From: Octopus vulgaris
Taxonomy: Eukaryota
Reading direction: 5' to 3'
Assembly (NCBI GenBank): GCA_951406725.2
Contig: OX597823.1
Span: forward strand, 22,878,001-22,942,000
DNA: 64,000 bases
The notes beneath the pieces are model-generated. The model saw only the letters and a program-made list of their open reading frames with translations. It was not told the origin of the DNA and ran no database searches. The first letter of the stretch is position 1. Each line of letters opens with the position of its first letter. Positions 43,174 through 57,169 of this stretch are shown one piece after another. Position numbers and translations under genes: made by a program.

Positions 43174-45932
43174 TATGTAGCTATCTCAGAATACTGAGCA
43201 TGCCTATCACTCCTCCCCTATCGAATATTCTTTACTTCTCACTTTGCAAAAAGATTGGCAAGCAAGCAGAGACATGGATTACTAAGGTCCCTTTAATTGT
43301 ACTAAGTACATGGCTACCTCTGAGGATTACACACCCAATACACTTTGTAAAGTGTAAGGTTGTGTACATCCTTTAGTTATGTTGAGAACATGACAATTCT
43401 CTCTTGCTGGTGCTATGAAAAAGCACCCAGTACACTCTAAAGTGGTTGGTGTTAGGAAGGACATCCAACCAAGCCAAAAATGAAATACTAGCGAAATGAT
43501 GTCGCCCAACCTATCTAGGTAAACAACATGGGCTGAGTCCAACTGTGACAACCTATCCTACCATGCCAGCAAGGAAGTGAATGTAAAACAATTATAGTAG
43601 TAGTAGCATCAGCTGTGACAACATGCCTTTATCAATACATGCTTGATATTGCTTTATGAATGTAGTGTTAGAGTTTATTCAGACCAGCTTCCTCCTCAGT
43701 AGCTAGGTTGTAGAGAAATGATACTACAAATATAGTACCAAGCTACTAACTCTTAACTTGTGAGTTCAAATCCACTGCAAGTGTTTTCCTATTTATGGGT
43801 ACAGCACTTCACTCTACATTACTTCAAGTTCATCTGTTCTTCCATACCCAAACCCTGTCTGTTTTAATTGAGTTAATTATCCATCAGCTTAATAAGTTCT
43901 TTCTCATATCAGTGTAGTTGTCTCTGTCTCACTTCAGTTATCTCTCTCTCTCACCTCCCTCTCTCTCTCACCCCCTCTCTCTCTTTCCTTCTTTCTCAGT
44001 TTAACTAACCCTACTCCAGTTCAATCAGTTTACCCACCATTCAGTTATTTTTATTTCATGTGGTCACTGTATATGTACTACTACTCTATACTTGATGCAT
44101 CTCAACTCTCCTGGTTCTACTTGAGATACCACAGTAACTATTGTGTACCCTATTATTTGTGCTGAGTGCACAGTTTTATTGATTTCCTGCCTAACATCTT
44201 TCTCCACAGGTGATCTCCCAGTGTGTTACACCCCTTACAATATATCATGTACTATTGCTGACATGTTGGTTAGTTTTTGCTGTATGGAACCATTGGATAA
44301 GAGTGTTTGAGAAAGGGACTTGAATTCATTGCAATGGTAGCAATGGCAATAACTGAATCTCTAGTGGTTTCAATCATGAGAATTCAGTCATCCAATCAAA
44401 TCCACTCAAGCAATTACCTACTCAATGGTATGTGACTGAACATCCTACTGACACATGTACTCTTAAGAATCTGTATGACATAGTGCATGACAAAGCTGTA
44501 ATTTTTAAATTAGAGGTGCAAACCATCTTTTGGGCACAATTTCCATCTTTCTAATTTCATTCACAAATTATGGATTCACCTGAGGTAATGTGAAAAGATA
44601 CTTTGTAGAAATGGTTGTGAAAATGGATGTTGTAGTATTGGTAATAGTAGCCATGGTGTTGGTTGTGGTTTTGGTGGCGGAAGCAATGCTAATAGTTGTT
44701 GTGATAGTGGTAGTAGTAACAGTGATGGAAATAGTTGTGAATTGGTGGTATAAATGGTGGTATTAGTAGTACTGATGGTACTAATAGTTAGTGGTGGTAC
44801 CAATAGTTCTAATGGCTGTGGTACCTGTTGAGAAACTGGTATTGGTTGCAGTTATAGCTGTAGCAATGACATTGTTTGACCCTAAGTCAACACTAATCAG
44901 GGAAGTCTCTGATCAAAAGCATGGCAACTATACCCATCTTGTGTTACTTCTCCCCCCCCCGTCCCGTTTCTGTGACTACATTAGTCAATGTGTTCTTCTT
45001 TTCCATCAGACAGAAGAATATGATTTGAAAGAAAGTTGACTGCTATATCTAGCAGATCAAGTGACCATTAGTTTGTTGTCATACTCATAATACGACAGGT
45101 GAAAGTGGTACTGTTAGTGACAGCAGGGTGGTTTTCATGATGATAGTGCCACTAGTTTATTACTAGGGGCACTAGTAATAATAATATAGTGATAGCAGTA
45201 GTAGCCACCACTATTATTATTTCTATCACTATTACCACTATCTTTACTGTTACTATCAGTTCTGGGTGGTAGCAGTAGAAGGAGAGGAGTGGGTAACCCT
45301 AAAATATGAATGAACCACCAACAAACGAAGCTCTCAGCCTGATTTTCACTCCCATATGCAGCTCTTTCATCTCATATATTTAATTAAAGCCCTTGACAAA
45401 AGTCTGAATATCACAGCATTTTGTTATTTCATTTCCTCTCAAAACAGACTGTGAACCTGCTAGAAATAACAGCAACATTCTTCTCGCATAACACTCTGCC
45501 ATTGTTTTGAAAGGACACGAACTGTACAAAAAGATGGGATAGAGGCAGTCATGGCTGGAATGTCTCTGATCATGCATCATAGATCTAATTGATTGAGATG
45601 GCTTGGGGATGAGCAAAAACACCTGCTGGTTCGCACCTTTACAAGAAATGCACAAAATATAATTGATATAATTATCATATTACTGAAAAACTGTGTTTCT
45701 CTGTGTGTGTGTGTGTGTGTGTGCACACACGCAGGCACGTGTGTACATATGTGTGTGCATGTGTCTTTATATATAGGTTTGTAAGAGGGTAGGTGTTTTC
45801 TATTGTGTAAGTAATAACTGATTTTGCAAGTTTTATGTCCAGTGTTTATTGATGAATGAAATTATAATCCTTTTATATACTTTTATTTGTGTGTGTCTGT
45901 ATATATTGCAAATTAAACTTATATATATATGA

Positions 45933-45966
<34 letters not shown>

Positions 45967-46588
45967 ACATTGTGAGTATGTATGAATGTCAATGTGTGTA
46001 TATGTATCGCTGTACTAAAAGGGGGATTAAATATTTATATCTAATATATATATACACAGCTATATATACAAAAGATTATCAATCATAAATCTGAACATAT
46101 ATTCTGGTTTATTTATATATATATTAAATACAACCAATGTTACACATTTATGAGCTGGAGGGTATGTAATGGAACACCAAACACACACTCATACAGACGT
46201 GCATGCATGTGTGTATGTGTGTATGTATATATATATATATTGTATATCTTTATCTGATGAATACAAACTAAAGTGATTACTCAATAGTAAGTTAATAGAG
46301 TGGAAATGTATTAAAGAGGAGATATTCACAATAAATTATTGATTGAAATGTTTGTCACTGGGCGAGCTAAACTGGATATTGGATTCTATGTTTGTGTGAG
46401 TGTTTGTGTGTGTGTGTGTGAGTGTGTGTGTGCGTGCGCACACACACACGCGCATGCATAAAAGCATGCTGTGTGCATATATGTTTCTCTATGTATATAT
46501 AAAGTAACCACTAGAGCCACCTTATTACAAAGCTTCTATGCAACAAGTACTCCTGGGTATTTTTCCCTATTCTTTTAAAACATATGTA

Positions 46589-46636
<48 letters not shown>

Positions 46637-46702
46637 GGTCCCGGGTTGAGTCGGGGTTAACCACAGTAAATAAGGTACTCAATACATAGCAGAGTAAATT
46701 AA

Positions 46703-46829
46703 TTTATTTTATAGAAGGAGCTTCTACAGGACTAGAACTGTTTCATTCAAAAGAAATCATCAGGAAGCTTCCTGATGATTTCTTTTGAATGAAACAGTTC
46801 TAGTCCTGTAGAAGCTCCTTCTATAAAAT

Positions 46830-46832
<3 letters not shown>
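46703..46832. ncRNA. Perfect 130-bp palindrome encoding back-to-back type I hammerheads (+ 46766-46816, - 46719-46769)
   Basis: AGCUUC CUGAUGA U-UUC-uuuu-GAA-U GAAA CAG-uucuaguc-CUG UA GAAGCU. The centre is AAGCTT at 46765-46770 and the element lies between (TA)n tracts. Confidence 0.8.
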
Positions 46833-46870
<38 letters not shown>

Positions 46871-47171
46871 AATGAGGCAGCTATTTGCAGCATCAGTAAA
46901 TGTTTTATTTATTTTTCTCCTATATCAGAGGTAATGAACTCTTGTCTAAGCACGTGGCTGGCTACAAATACATGCCAATGGAAAGCCCCAAAAAGATCAA
47001 AATGCTCCTGGCATTCTCACTGGCCTCTGAGAGGACAAATTCTTATTTCCCTCTGGTAATTATTGTATTTTAAGTACAGCAAGGCCGTAAGAGACATTAT
47101 CTCAGGACAAATACTGCAGTTAGTGACCAATTGACACAACATATGCATTAAGTATGATACATAGATGGATA

Positions 47172-48324
47172 TAGGGTGTGTCAGATTTCTGAGGACCTTT
47201 GTATGAATTTAGAAAAGGATGCATAGCTCATTAAAGAAAAACTTTTTTTGAAAGCAAATTGATACAAATAATCATGAATCCACTGTAAACGTCAATGATT
47301 GTTGCTTCAATATAGGGTTAATATAGGGTAGAAATGCCTGAATCAGATGAAATTTATCAATTTTGGACATATTGCTGGTTATGGGCGGACTTGAGAGATT
47401 GTATGGTGTTATGGGGGTGTTTGACCTCCCTCTCAGCTATGCCCTACATGTAATAGTCCAATGGATTGAGGTCTGGTGAGCTAGGAGGTCGTATGTCTGA
47501 GAGAATATGATAATGGAGATTGGCACGCATCCATGCTTGGGTTGTCCTAGCCTCATGACACAGTGCAGGGTATTGTTGGAAGACATGGTTTTCTGTTGTA
47601 TATGCTGCCTATTCAGAGCCTCACAACTTTCTCCATCTCCATCAGTACTCATTACTCCCAGAATCATAACAGTTGGTGGTAACTTAGTATGCATGACCAT
47701 TGGAATCTTATTTGGGTCTCTGTATAACCATCTGTCATTCCGTCAGTTTACCTTTTGGCCCTGATTGAAGTTTTTCTCATTAGAGAAAAACCAAAGCAGT
47801 CCAGCCTCTTGGTGTTTTAACTTGTTTAGCAGGTACTTTTCATGGATCAAGTGATTCTCTTTTGTTACATCTACCATAAACTGTTCCCTCTACATCACAT
47901 ACAACTTGTACTGGATGTCCTCATGCACAACTCTTCTGATGGTGCATTCTGAAACCTTAAGGTCCTTTGCAGTGGCTCTGATTGACTTTCCAGGCTTTAT
48001 ATTGATTATTTGTTGAACTTTTTGTACAAAGTTGTGTGTTCTGATGGCATGCATTTTGTGTTTAGCTGCTGATGTTGAGTTTCTTTCAGAAGCTTCTAGC
48101 TTCTTTCGAACTTTGACAGTGAAGGATTGGGAAACTTTCAAGAAGTGAGCTAGCTCTGTGTCACTATGTAACACTTTTAAGACAACGATTACAGCATGCT
48201 CTTTCATTTGCTGAGTTAACCTGATGTCTGACATTATTTATCTGAAAAGTAAGGTAAGAAAAAATAAATTAGAAGAAAGTTAGAGCTCTTCAAAGAGGCA
48301 TCTTCAAAAGAGTGACACTCCCTG
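47172..48324 (-). mobile_element. Degenerate maT/DD37D-like Tc1-mariner element
   Basis: Short TIRs (T/C)AGGG(T/A)GTGTCA. Motifs KSIRATAKDLKVSECTIRRVVHED, FSNEKNF, TKLPPTVMILGV and PPSSPDLNPLDY. Confidence 0.75.
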
Positions 48325-49238
48325 TGTGTGTGTGTGTGTGTGTGTGTTATAGTCAAAGGAAACAGAGTAGTACCTACGAACTGTTTAAAGGCCTCTGATA
48401 CCAATGGGAAGAAGTTATGCTCATACCAGGGACTTAAACCAAATGCTTGCAGTAAAGTGGACTCCACTAAAATCCTTGTGGATCAAAATCTACTGTTAAA
48501 CCAGGCCACAGACTACCATCCTTGAATAAAAACAGTCACACAGACTGGTTTCTACACATATTCTACACAGTCTGCCAAGTCCTACTTACAAGGCTGTTTT
48601 TGACTCGAGACTATGATAGAAGACATTTGCTGCATTTGCTGTGTAGTGATATTGAACCTGAAACCATGGGGAGTAAACATCTTAACCACATGATCATACC
48701 TGCAACCATACACTGATACATATATGAACACATATATTAGCACATACATTCATATACTTACTCACAAACTATTTACGTACACATGTGGTAGGATCTCACA
48801 AATTTAATAAAGTATGTTGGCAAGCTTCAAATTATTCATGCAATGAATAGATAAAAACTTCCTTTGTGAGATGTCTAAAAATTCTTTAAAACAAGACAAG
48901 AGAGACGAATCCAATAAAATTTACTGTAATTTTGGAAAATATAAAAAATGCAGTAAGGGAATAGGTTAAGTCTTTAGGCCAAATGGTAAAGGTAACAAAC
49001 ATATTTCAGTCTTATTTAAACCACCTCAGCAAACATACTTTGTTGATAATATTTATCGTTGTACATTCATTTTAGGGGTCTTGCAAGTTACTTGATGATA
49101 TCACTACTGCTGGTGCTATATAAAAAGCACCCAGTGCACTCTGTAAAGTGATCAATGTTAGGAAGGGCATCCAGCTGTAGAAACCATGCCAAAACAGACA
49201 GGAGATCTTGGTACAGTCTTCTCTCAGAACATATGTAT

Positions 49239-49292
<54 letters not shown>

Positions 49293-50539
49293 CTGTGTGT
49301 GTGTGTGTGTGCTTGTGCAATGGTGTGTGCAATAAATTGTCTGTCACACACCCATATGTGTGCCATGTAGTGTTTCTGTAGCAGTAGTGATGGAATTAAT
49401 GATGGTAATGAGTGTGTGTGAGTGTGAGTGTCTACCTGTACATACAAATATACATGGTAATAGTGATGAGTACAATGGAGATGGTTGTAGAAGCTGGAGT
49501 ATTAACGATGATTATAGTGTTAGTGATGATAATGATGTTGGTGATTATAGTGCCAGAAGTGTTGTTGTTGTTGTTGTTGTTGGCGGTGGTGGTGGTGATA
49601 ATCTCACCTGTCTGTAGATAAAAAGAAAAATAACCAGCTGATAGCTCTGTGACATGGTTAGTAGTTGTAGTGGCTATAATGGTGCTAATTATAGTGGTGA
49701 TGATGATGATGGTGGTGGTGGTGGTGGTGGTGGTGGTGGTGGTGGTGGTGATGGTGGTAGTGGTGGTTCAGAGATTTGTGGTTGGTTTGAGTGCACTCGA
49801 GTCTATGGAGAGAACACTGGAGGTGAATGTGTACTGAAGAGAAAGGTATTAATGGTATGGATTAAAACTGTCCCTACCACCTCTCCATCGTCAATACCTC
49901 CTGTTGTTAATGTTAATGTGTTTGTAGTGGTTATATTGTTGTTGTAAAGAAATTTGTGGTAGTGGTGGTGGTCACAGTATGGAAAAAACCCATCGTGGAC
50001 AATAGTATTTGTTGTTATTTAACTTTAGCCTTCCAGCTGTGACCATTTATGTTATTTTGAAACAATATCCAATCTATCCATCCTTGTTGTTATTTGTTAA
50101 TACTTGATCAGTCCTCATCCTATGATCAAAGATATTCTTCCCATGACTCCCCTGCTTGATTTTTTACACAGTATATCTAGGATTATATTATACAATGTGC
50201 CCTTTCCTTTTTTTCAAAATGGTAGGGACTTTTTGTATTTTCCAGTTATAGAATATTCCAGATTACATTTTCTAGTGTTCATTTTTTTAAGACAGTTAGT
50301 TAAGGTTTGAGAGAGATTTTGCTGTTATTTCTAGCAGATTAAATGACTCTGTGGTGGTTTCCTCTCTGTTCTTTGTTGATGGTAGTAAATGTTAAATATG
50401 TTTCCTAAACCCATTAAGTAGCTGGAGCTAACTCTCTGGTTTAATAGCACTGAGTAAATGAAGTTGGAATATTCTCTTGAACAGGACACCAGTCTGTCTT
50501 GATTAAATGTCCTGATACCTACTGCCAACAGCTGATTAA

Positions 50540-50762
50540 CCCTTTTGATACCAGCCTGACTGAAACCGTCTCTGGCCCTGTAGTACAAATGTCTTGTTTT
50601 CAAAAGTTCTGAATTAAAATCTTCTACCAAACCTTGGTCACAACTTATGTTCCTAACACTAGCTTAACGATAACTAAGTTGTTTTAATAAATTCGTTGTT
50701 ATATTTAAAATGAATCAAAAGAAACACAGAGCATCTCAACAGAAATATAGTAACATGAAGGG
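50540..50762. mobile_element. piggyBac-type MITE
   Basis: CCCTT...AAGGG termini with TTAA on both sides (50536-50539 and 50763-50766). Confidence 0.7.
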
Positions 50763-53719
50763 TTAAGCTGTGCCACATAAACATAGCTACTGCTGCTGCT
50801 GTTGCTGCTGCTGTTATTGATGATAGTGGTAGTGGTGATGGCAACAACAGCATTTTGCCTCAAGACAGCTCTGATTGAGCTGACCTTGTAAATAGGAACA
50901 AGCTCTGATGGGGCAAATTAAGATCAAGGGCATGTCCTTTAAAAACAGTATTGTTTTCATCTGTGGGAGATTTGAAGTGTATTACACAAATATAAAGTGA
51001 AATTCCTATAATGTATTTGAGCTCCACAATGTATATGAACTGTTGCTCATATATCCAATTTGTCCAATCATCCCACCACTATGAGCAGTGATGTTAATGG
51101 GACTCATGAATCCAGGAGAGCTTTCTAGTTGCGTCCTTAGTTTTGCCTTCATGTTATTGGCTAGTTGAATCTAGATCTCATCTCTTGTACTCATGGATAG
51201 GACTCTAGTCTGTCGCAGATAACATCTAAAACAATAATTGAAATTATTCCCTATCAGACACCAGCTGATACTTCTCTAGTATCTACTGAATGCCTAATTA
51301 TCTATTGATAATCTTGAGAAGTTCTTTCCAGAATAATATTTCAGATTATTTAGTGGTTGCTTTTCCTGCCAACAGCTTGATGAGCTTCCAGGTTAAGATT
51401 AAGATTAGATATAAGTTTAGATCTAAGATTAGGGTTAGAGTTATTATTAATTATCTTTACACAGAGTTAAGGGTAGAGTTAGAGTTATTGTCATATATTA
51501 AGCCAAGTAAGCTAAATAAAGGATTTGCAGACAAAAATATCAGAAGTACCTGCCTGTCGTCTTTTAAGGAAAACTATCCTCAAGACAATCAATTTCTTCT
51601 TAATTTTAGTGTATTGTGCTTGACTTCATTATAAATAATGACTATCTTTTATCTTTTACTTGTTTCAGACATTAGACTGTGGCCATGCTGTGGCACCACC
51701 TTGAAAAATTTTAGTCAAATAAATAGACCCCAGCACTTTTTTAAAGCCTAGTACTTATTCAGTTGGTTCCTTTTGCCAAACCGTTAAGTTACGGAGATGT
51801 AAACACACCAACACTCGTTGTCAAGTGGGATGGGGAACAAACACTGACACAAAGAAACACACACACACACACACACACATAGAGAGATGTGTGTGTGTGT
51901 GTGTGTGTGTGTGTGACAGACTTTTTGCAGTTTCCATCTACCAAATCCAGTCATAAGCTTTTGATGACCGGAGGTTATAGGAGAAGACACCTGCCCAAGT
52001 GAAACTGAACCTAGAACACCTACACCTATTGTAGGTATACAGTATTGTAGATACAGACATCATAAAGATATAGTTTTAAAAAAAGTAAATAGATGGAGGC
52101 AAAATAGGCAAAAATATTCTGAAACATACTATCATCACAGTCATCATTTGATGGCTGTTTTTCTGTGCTGGTATGGATCGGTTGGGTCTCACAACATCTT
52201 GCTATTCATCTCAAACCATTGTGCAGATTTCCCCACTTTCACTTTTAACAAAGCAATCAGGAGGTGTTCCTCTGTCTGTACACACACACACACACATGCT
52301 TACATATATAAATGTATTTAAATACACACATACACATACATATACATGCTATATTCCATATCCAGGAATATCTACAGCAAGTGGTGTTCTTAACACTAGC
52401 AAAAGAGGTTGTCTGGTAGATGAGGCTGAAACCATTCTGTGGAGAAGAAGGTGCTTTCCCCTTGTGAATTTGTTAAAAAGTGGGTGACTATGGCATAAAT
52501 GGTGAATGGAACTACTCCAAACGTGTTTTGTTGATTGGAGAACAACTGTTGAATGAAGACTTGTGCTTTTGGTGGTCAGGTTAATCACTAACATCTGAGG
52601 TTTCTTCATTGGCCCTTAGTGAAGGTTCTGTATTAGAAGAACTGTGTCATACTTGTGTCCACATATTTTGCATATTATGTATACATTTTATCTCCTTTCT
52701 ACTTCTCCCTCTTTTCTCATCTTTTTATGTAAATCCCCCACACAAATTGTAAACTGTCCTTGTAATGTTGCTCTCATCTGATGTCCCTGTGGCAAATAAA
52801 AGAAATTGTTGGTTTTGTTGTTGTTGTTATTATTATGTGACAGAAATGGCTATATTTCTTTAGTTACTTGCCTACTTCACGAATGTAATTATTACCCAGC
52901 CAAGTGTGATAGCCTAAATATCATATGCATCAGAAATATATTAGAAATATTGGAGAAAGAAGAATGCTTCAAGAATATATATATATACATGCATACACAC
53001 ACATACACACACATATTAATATTGGAATTATTGGAGAAAAAAAAATATATATATATACACACGCACACACATATGTATATTTAAATACACACACATATAC
53101 ACATACATGTTATATTCCATATCTAAGAATATCTACAGCAAGTGGTGTTCTTAACACTAACAATTAAAGTGCACATATGTTGTATGCCAAGATTTCTGAC
53201 TTTCGTCAAGTCTGCTTTTAGTGAGATATTCAAAGGCTGTTATTGTTAGTATGATTATAAAATGATAAGCAACAGCAAAGAAAAGTTACACAGAATCCAA
53301 ATGAAAATTTTTTTTAAAATTACTCCTACTACTACTTACAATAGTAATAATAATAATCCTTTCTACTATAGGCACAAGACCTGAAATTTGGTGGGAGGTG
53401 GGAGCCAGTCGATTAGATCAACCCCAGTATGCAACTGTTACTTAATTTATTGACCCCAAAATAATAATACAATAATCCCTATTAATATTCCTATAATTTA
53501 TAAATCCTTAATTTCAGTACGTAATCATTACCATGCAACTGAATGAATCTAACTAGCATAGATAACCCCAAAGTAGCCAAAATGATAAAAGGCAAAGTCG
53601 ACCTTCGCAGAATTTGAACTCAGAACATAAAGATGGGCCGGCATACTAATTATTCTGCCAGCTTGCCATCTTATAATTATTGATAATAACAACAACAATA
53701 ATAATAATAATGATAATAA

Positions 53720-53926
53720 TAATAATAGTAGCCAAAACACCTGGACTTACAACTATATATAACATACAGAAAATAGCACTACTAAACATTGCACACATCC
53801 TATGTAAAACACTTTCAATACATTGAAAATAAGAGCGCCACAACAAACCACAGCACATACCCAAAGCACACAGAGATGCACTCGGTAGTGCAGTGAAAGC
53901 ACATGATTAAAATAAGACTACTGAAC

Positions 53927-53966
<40 letters not shown>

Positions 53967-54525
53967 GTAATATACCATGATGCAGTACCAGGCAGTGGCT
54001 TCTGATCTTAACTGATTGGAAGTGTTATCACGTACATTGTTTTGTCTTGGTATAAAAGATGGGCTACAGCAAATATTCTGTTCAATACCACAGATTTGCT
54101 TGTCAGTTGTTTGACCTTAACTACTTGAGCATGTCCCTTAGTGGCTGACGATATGCGCATCTCTGATCATGAGTAGAAGTAGTGGGGGAGCATCATAGCC
54201 ATGTGTTAAGAGGAATTCTTTGGGGTTTGAATAATTCACCTCTGGAAACATGGGTGTTTCGTTCAACATCCTTAAATAACCCTTATTCAGGGACCTTTTG
54301 AGCGGGATGGGTTACTCGATCTGAAGAAAATTCTAACTGGGCTCCACCTGCAAGGTCATGTGCTGTTTATCTTGATATGAGATCACCATGTCGCGCACAT
54401 ATGGTTGTGATGCATGTGCCTGGTGTACCCTTATCAGACGGGTAGTCATGATGGGTATACTGGGCTTCGTATATTTTACCCCAGTGTCACTTTGATGGCA
54501 TGCTCTGCTCGCTCACTCAATAATA
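53720..54525 (+). mobile_element. RLE-LINE 3' end plus an associated repeat, with an inverted copy at about 63380-64000
   Basis: KTPGLTTIYNIQKIALLNIAHIL* then (AAT)n. The same two blocks recur in reverse complement at the window end. Confidence 0.55.
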
Positions 54526-54805
54526 ATAATATTCTTTTACTGTCATATTTGTTTTAATCATTGGACTATGACCATGCTGGGGCACAACCTTGAAATGTTT
54601 AGTCAACCAAATCAACCTAGCATATATTTTAGATCTGCTTTGTATAGTGTTGATCTCCTTTTGCTAAACCACTAAGTCATGGAGACATACAAAGATCAGC
54701 GCTAGTTATGAAGCAGTGAGAAGTAAGCACACCTGCTTTTCCATGTGTGTGTACGTGTGTTTGTACGTATGTGTATATATGTGTGTTAGTGTGTGCATGT
54801 GCACA

Positions 54806-54865
<60 letters not shown>

Positions 54866-55459
54866 TATAAATATACACACACTTACACATGACAGGCTTC
54901 CACACAGTTTCCATTGATCAAAGTCACTCATAGTATATTGGTCAAGACCAAGCTATAATAAAAGATGCTTACCCATGGTGCTACACAGTGAGACCAACCC
55001 CCAAACCTCATCATTGTGAAGTTGCTAAGCAAACTTCTAAACGACACGGCCATGATAGTGCCTATTCATACTGTGTTATGCAAAAGAAAAAATTAATAAT
55101 AATAATAATAATAATAACAACAACAACAATAACAACGGTGATAATGATGAAAACGTGGGTGGCATTAAAAGCTTTTAAAAAATATGATGCTTGTAGATAG
55201 ATAGCTCCCTTATTTGAAATCTAGTTCAGATTTCTGTCAATTTAGGACACCAATATCTATAAGGAAACAAGCCATAACATTAAAATAATATTTGATATAA
55301 AAAGCAATAAAAAAGTGAATATCTCTTCCAAACAAACAAACAAACATAATATTGATGAATATTTATATTTATTCAATAATTCTTCAGCTATTGATATATT
55401 GATAGATGTGTAAACAAGGTGTGACATATTGTATGGATCAGGTCTTGTTTTTCTTTCCT

Positions 55460-55533
<74 letters not shown>

Positions 55534-55646
55534 TCTCTCTCTCTTCATCCTCTTCTCTCACATGCACACGTATCAAGTAGTTTTGCAATTTTAATTGTTT
55601 TCTACTTCAATATATGATGACTCAATGCTATTGTTGTTGTTATTTA

Positions 55647-55768
55647 GTGCCAAGCCATCTCTGGGTGCCAAGCCATCTCTGGGTGCCAAGCCATCTCTGG
55701 GTGCCAAGCCATCTCTGGGTGCCAAGCCATCTCTGGGTGCCAAGCCATCTCTGGGTGCCAAGCCATCT
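55647..55768 (+). repeat. 18-bp minisatellite GTGCCAAGCCATCTCTGG, about 6.8 copies
   Basis: Perfect direct tandem units. Confidence 0.95.
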
Positions 55769-55855
55769 ATATGGGTTTCATTATCAAATGTGTCCTATTT
55801 TCAAAATGGCAGTGTGTAGTTTGAGAGGAATTTGACTGCTATTAAATTAAGTGAC

Positions 55856-56947
55856 TATATGCTTCAAGCATATAGTTTCCATCCGGATGTTGTACGATGG
55901 GTTGGTGCCTTCCTCTCAGATCGCTCCTTCCAAGTCCAAGTTAATGGTTCGCAGTCCGACGTCTCCAGTGCGAGCAGTGGCATGCCTCAAGGTTCAGTGC
56001 TTGGGCCCTTATTGTTCTTAGTCTTCATAAATGACTTGCCCGACGACCTCACGCAACACACCCTTCTATTTGCCGACGATGTCAAACTGGTCACTCCTCG
56101 CGGTGATATAGAGGATCTTCGTCGATGCCTCCACCAAATTTGGAGATGGTCTAACGAATGGGACCTGTGTCTGAACATGTCAAAGTGCTGTCATCTGCCC
56201 GTTGGCTCTCCTCCTGCAACTCAACTTGATTTCGAGCCGGGTCGTCTGCTGCTGGAGAGGACCGATCAGGTAAAGGACCTGGGTATCTTGGTGGATTCCT
56301 CCTTTTCGCCTTCGGCCCAGTGCGTCCATGCTGCCAACAAAGCACACGGAATTCTGTTCTTGATTCGACGGTCATTCGGAATACTCACAGCAGCCATATT
56401 CCTACTGCTCTATGTCACGCTGGTGAGACCCATATTGGAGTACGGGATTCAAGCCTCTTCTCCTTATCTCCTCAAAGACATACAGCATCTCAAAGAGTCC
56501 AGAAGCTGGCTACCCGCATGGTCCTTAGTCTCAAGAATTTGTCTTATGAAGAAAGGCTGAAGACGCTCGACCTTTATTCTCTAGAAAAACGCTGCCGCCG
56601 TGGAGATCTCATTCTTACTCACAACATCATAAGCGGAAAGTGTAACCTCTCGAAAGAGCTGTTCTTCACTCCTGCTCCAGAGCGTCGGCTGCGGGGTCAT
56701 TCCGAAAAGCTCTATCTGCGACGATTTCATCTCAATCGAAGGAGAGGGGCTTTCTCCGTCCGGGTTGCGGTTGGGTGGAATAAGCTGCCAGACGAGATGG
56801 TGAAGATGCCGATGACCGCTCGGTTCAAAGTCTCCCTTGACCTCAAGTGGCCTGAACTCTTTACATGAACACCACCCTGTACATAACTCCATTTCCCCCT
56901 ACATGGCCTTGCTTTTTGAGCCAAAAAATTAACTAACTAACTAACTA
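55856..56947 (+). mobile_element. 5'-truncated CR1/L2-group LINE
   Basis: Motifs PQGSVLGPLLFLVFINDLP, LFADD, VKDLGI, RPILEY and LRGHSEKL, with a (TAAC)n tail. Confidence 0.9.
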
Positions 56948-57169
56948 AAAGGATCCTTCATTGGCTCACTCTTAATTCTGTTGTTGATTAACCTCAGGAT
57001 CATAAGCTCAGAAACAGGGGGTGCATATCCCCTAAAGTTTTGGAGGCACTTTGGACATCTTCCTGAAAAATGTCATCTCCAAAACAGAGTGTAGAAATAT
57101 TTTTGGATTGATTTGAAACATTATTTCTCTGCTATTGGATCTATCTGATTTAACTGTTGTACAAATATT

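Noticed and set aside
44190-44240. TTCTCCACAG/G acceptor as channel exon 2
   Set aside because: The downstream sequence does not encode the expected (G)YGH continuation.
55595-55835. Repeat peptides (AKPSLG)n and (VPSHLW)n
   Set aside because: They are a by-product of the 18-bp minisatellite, with no splice or coding support.
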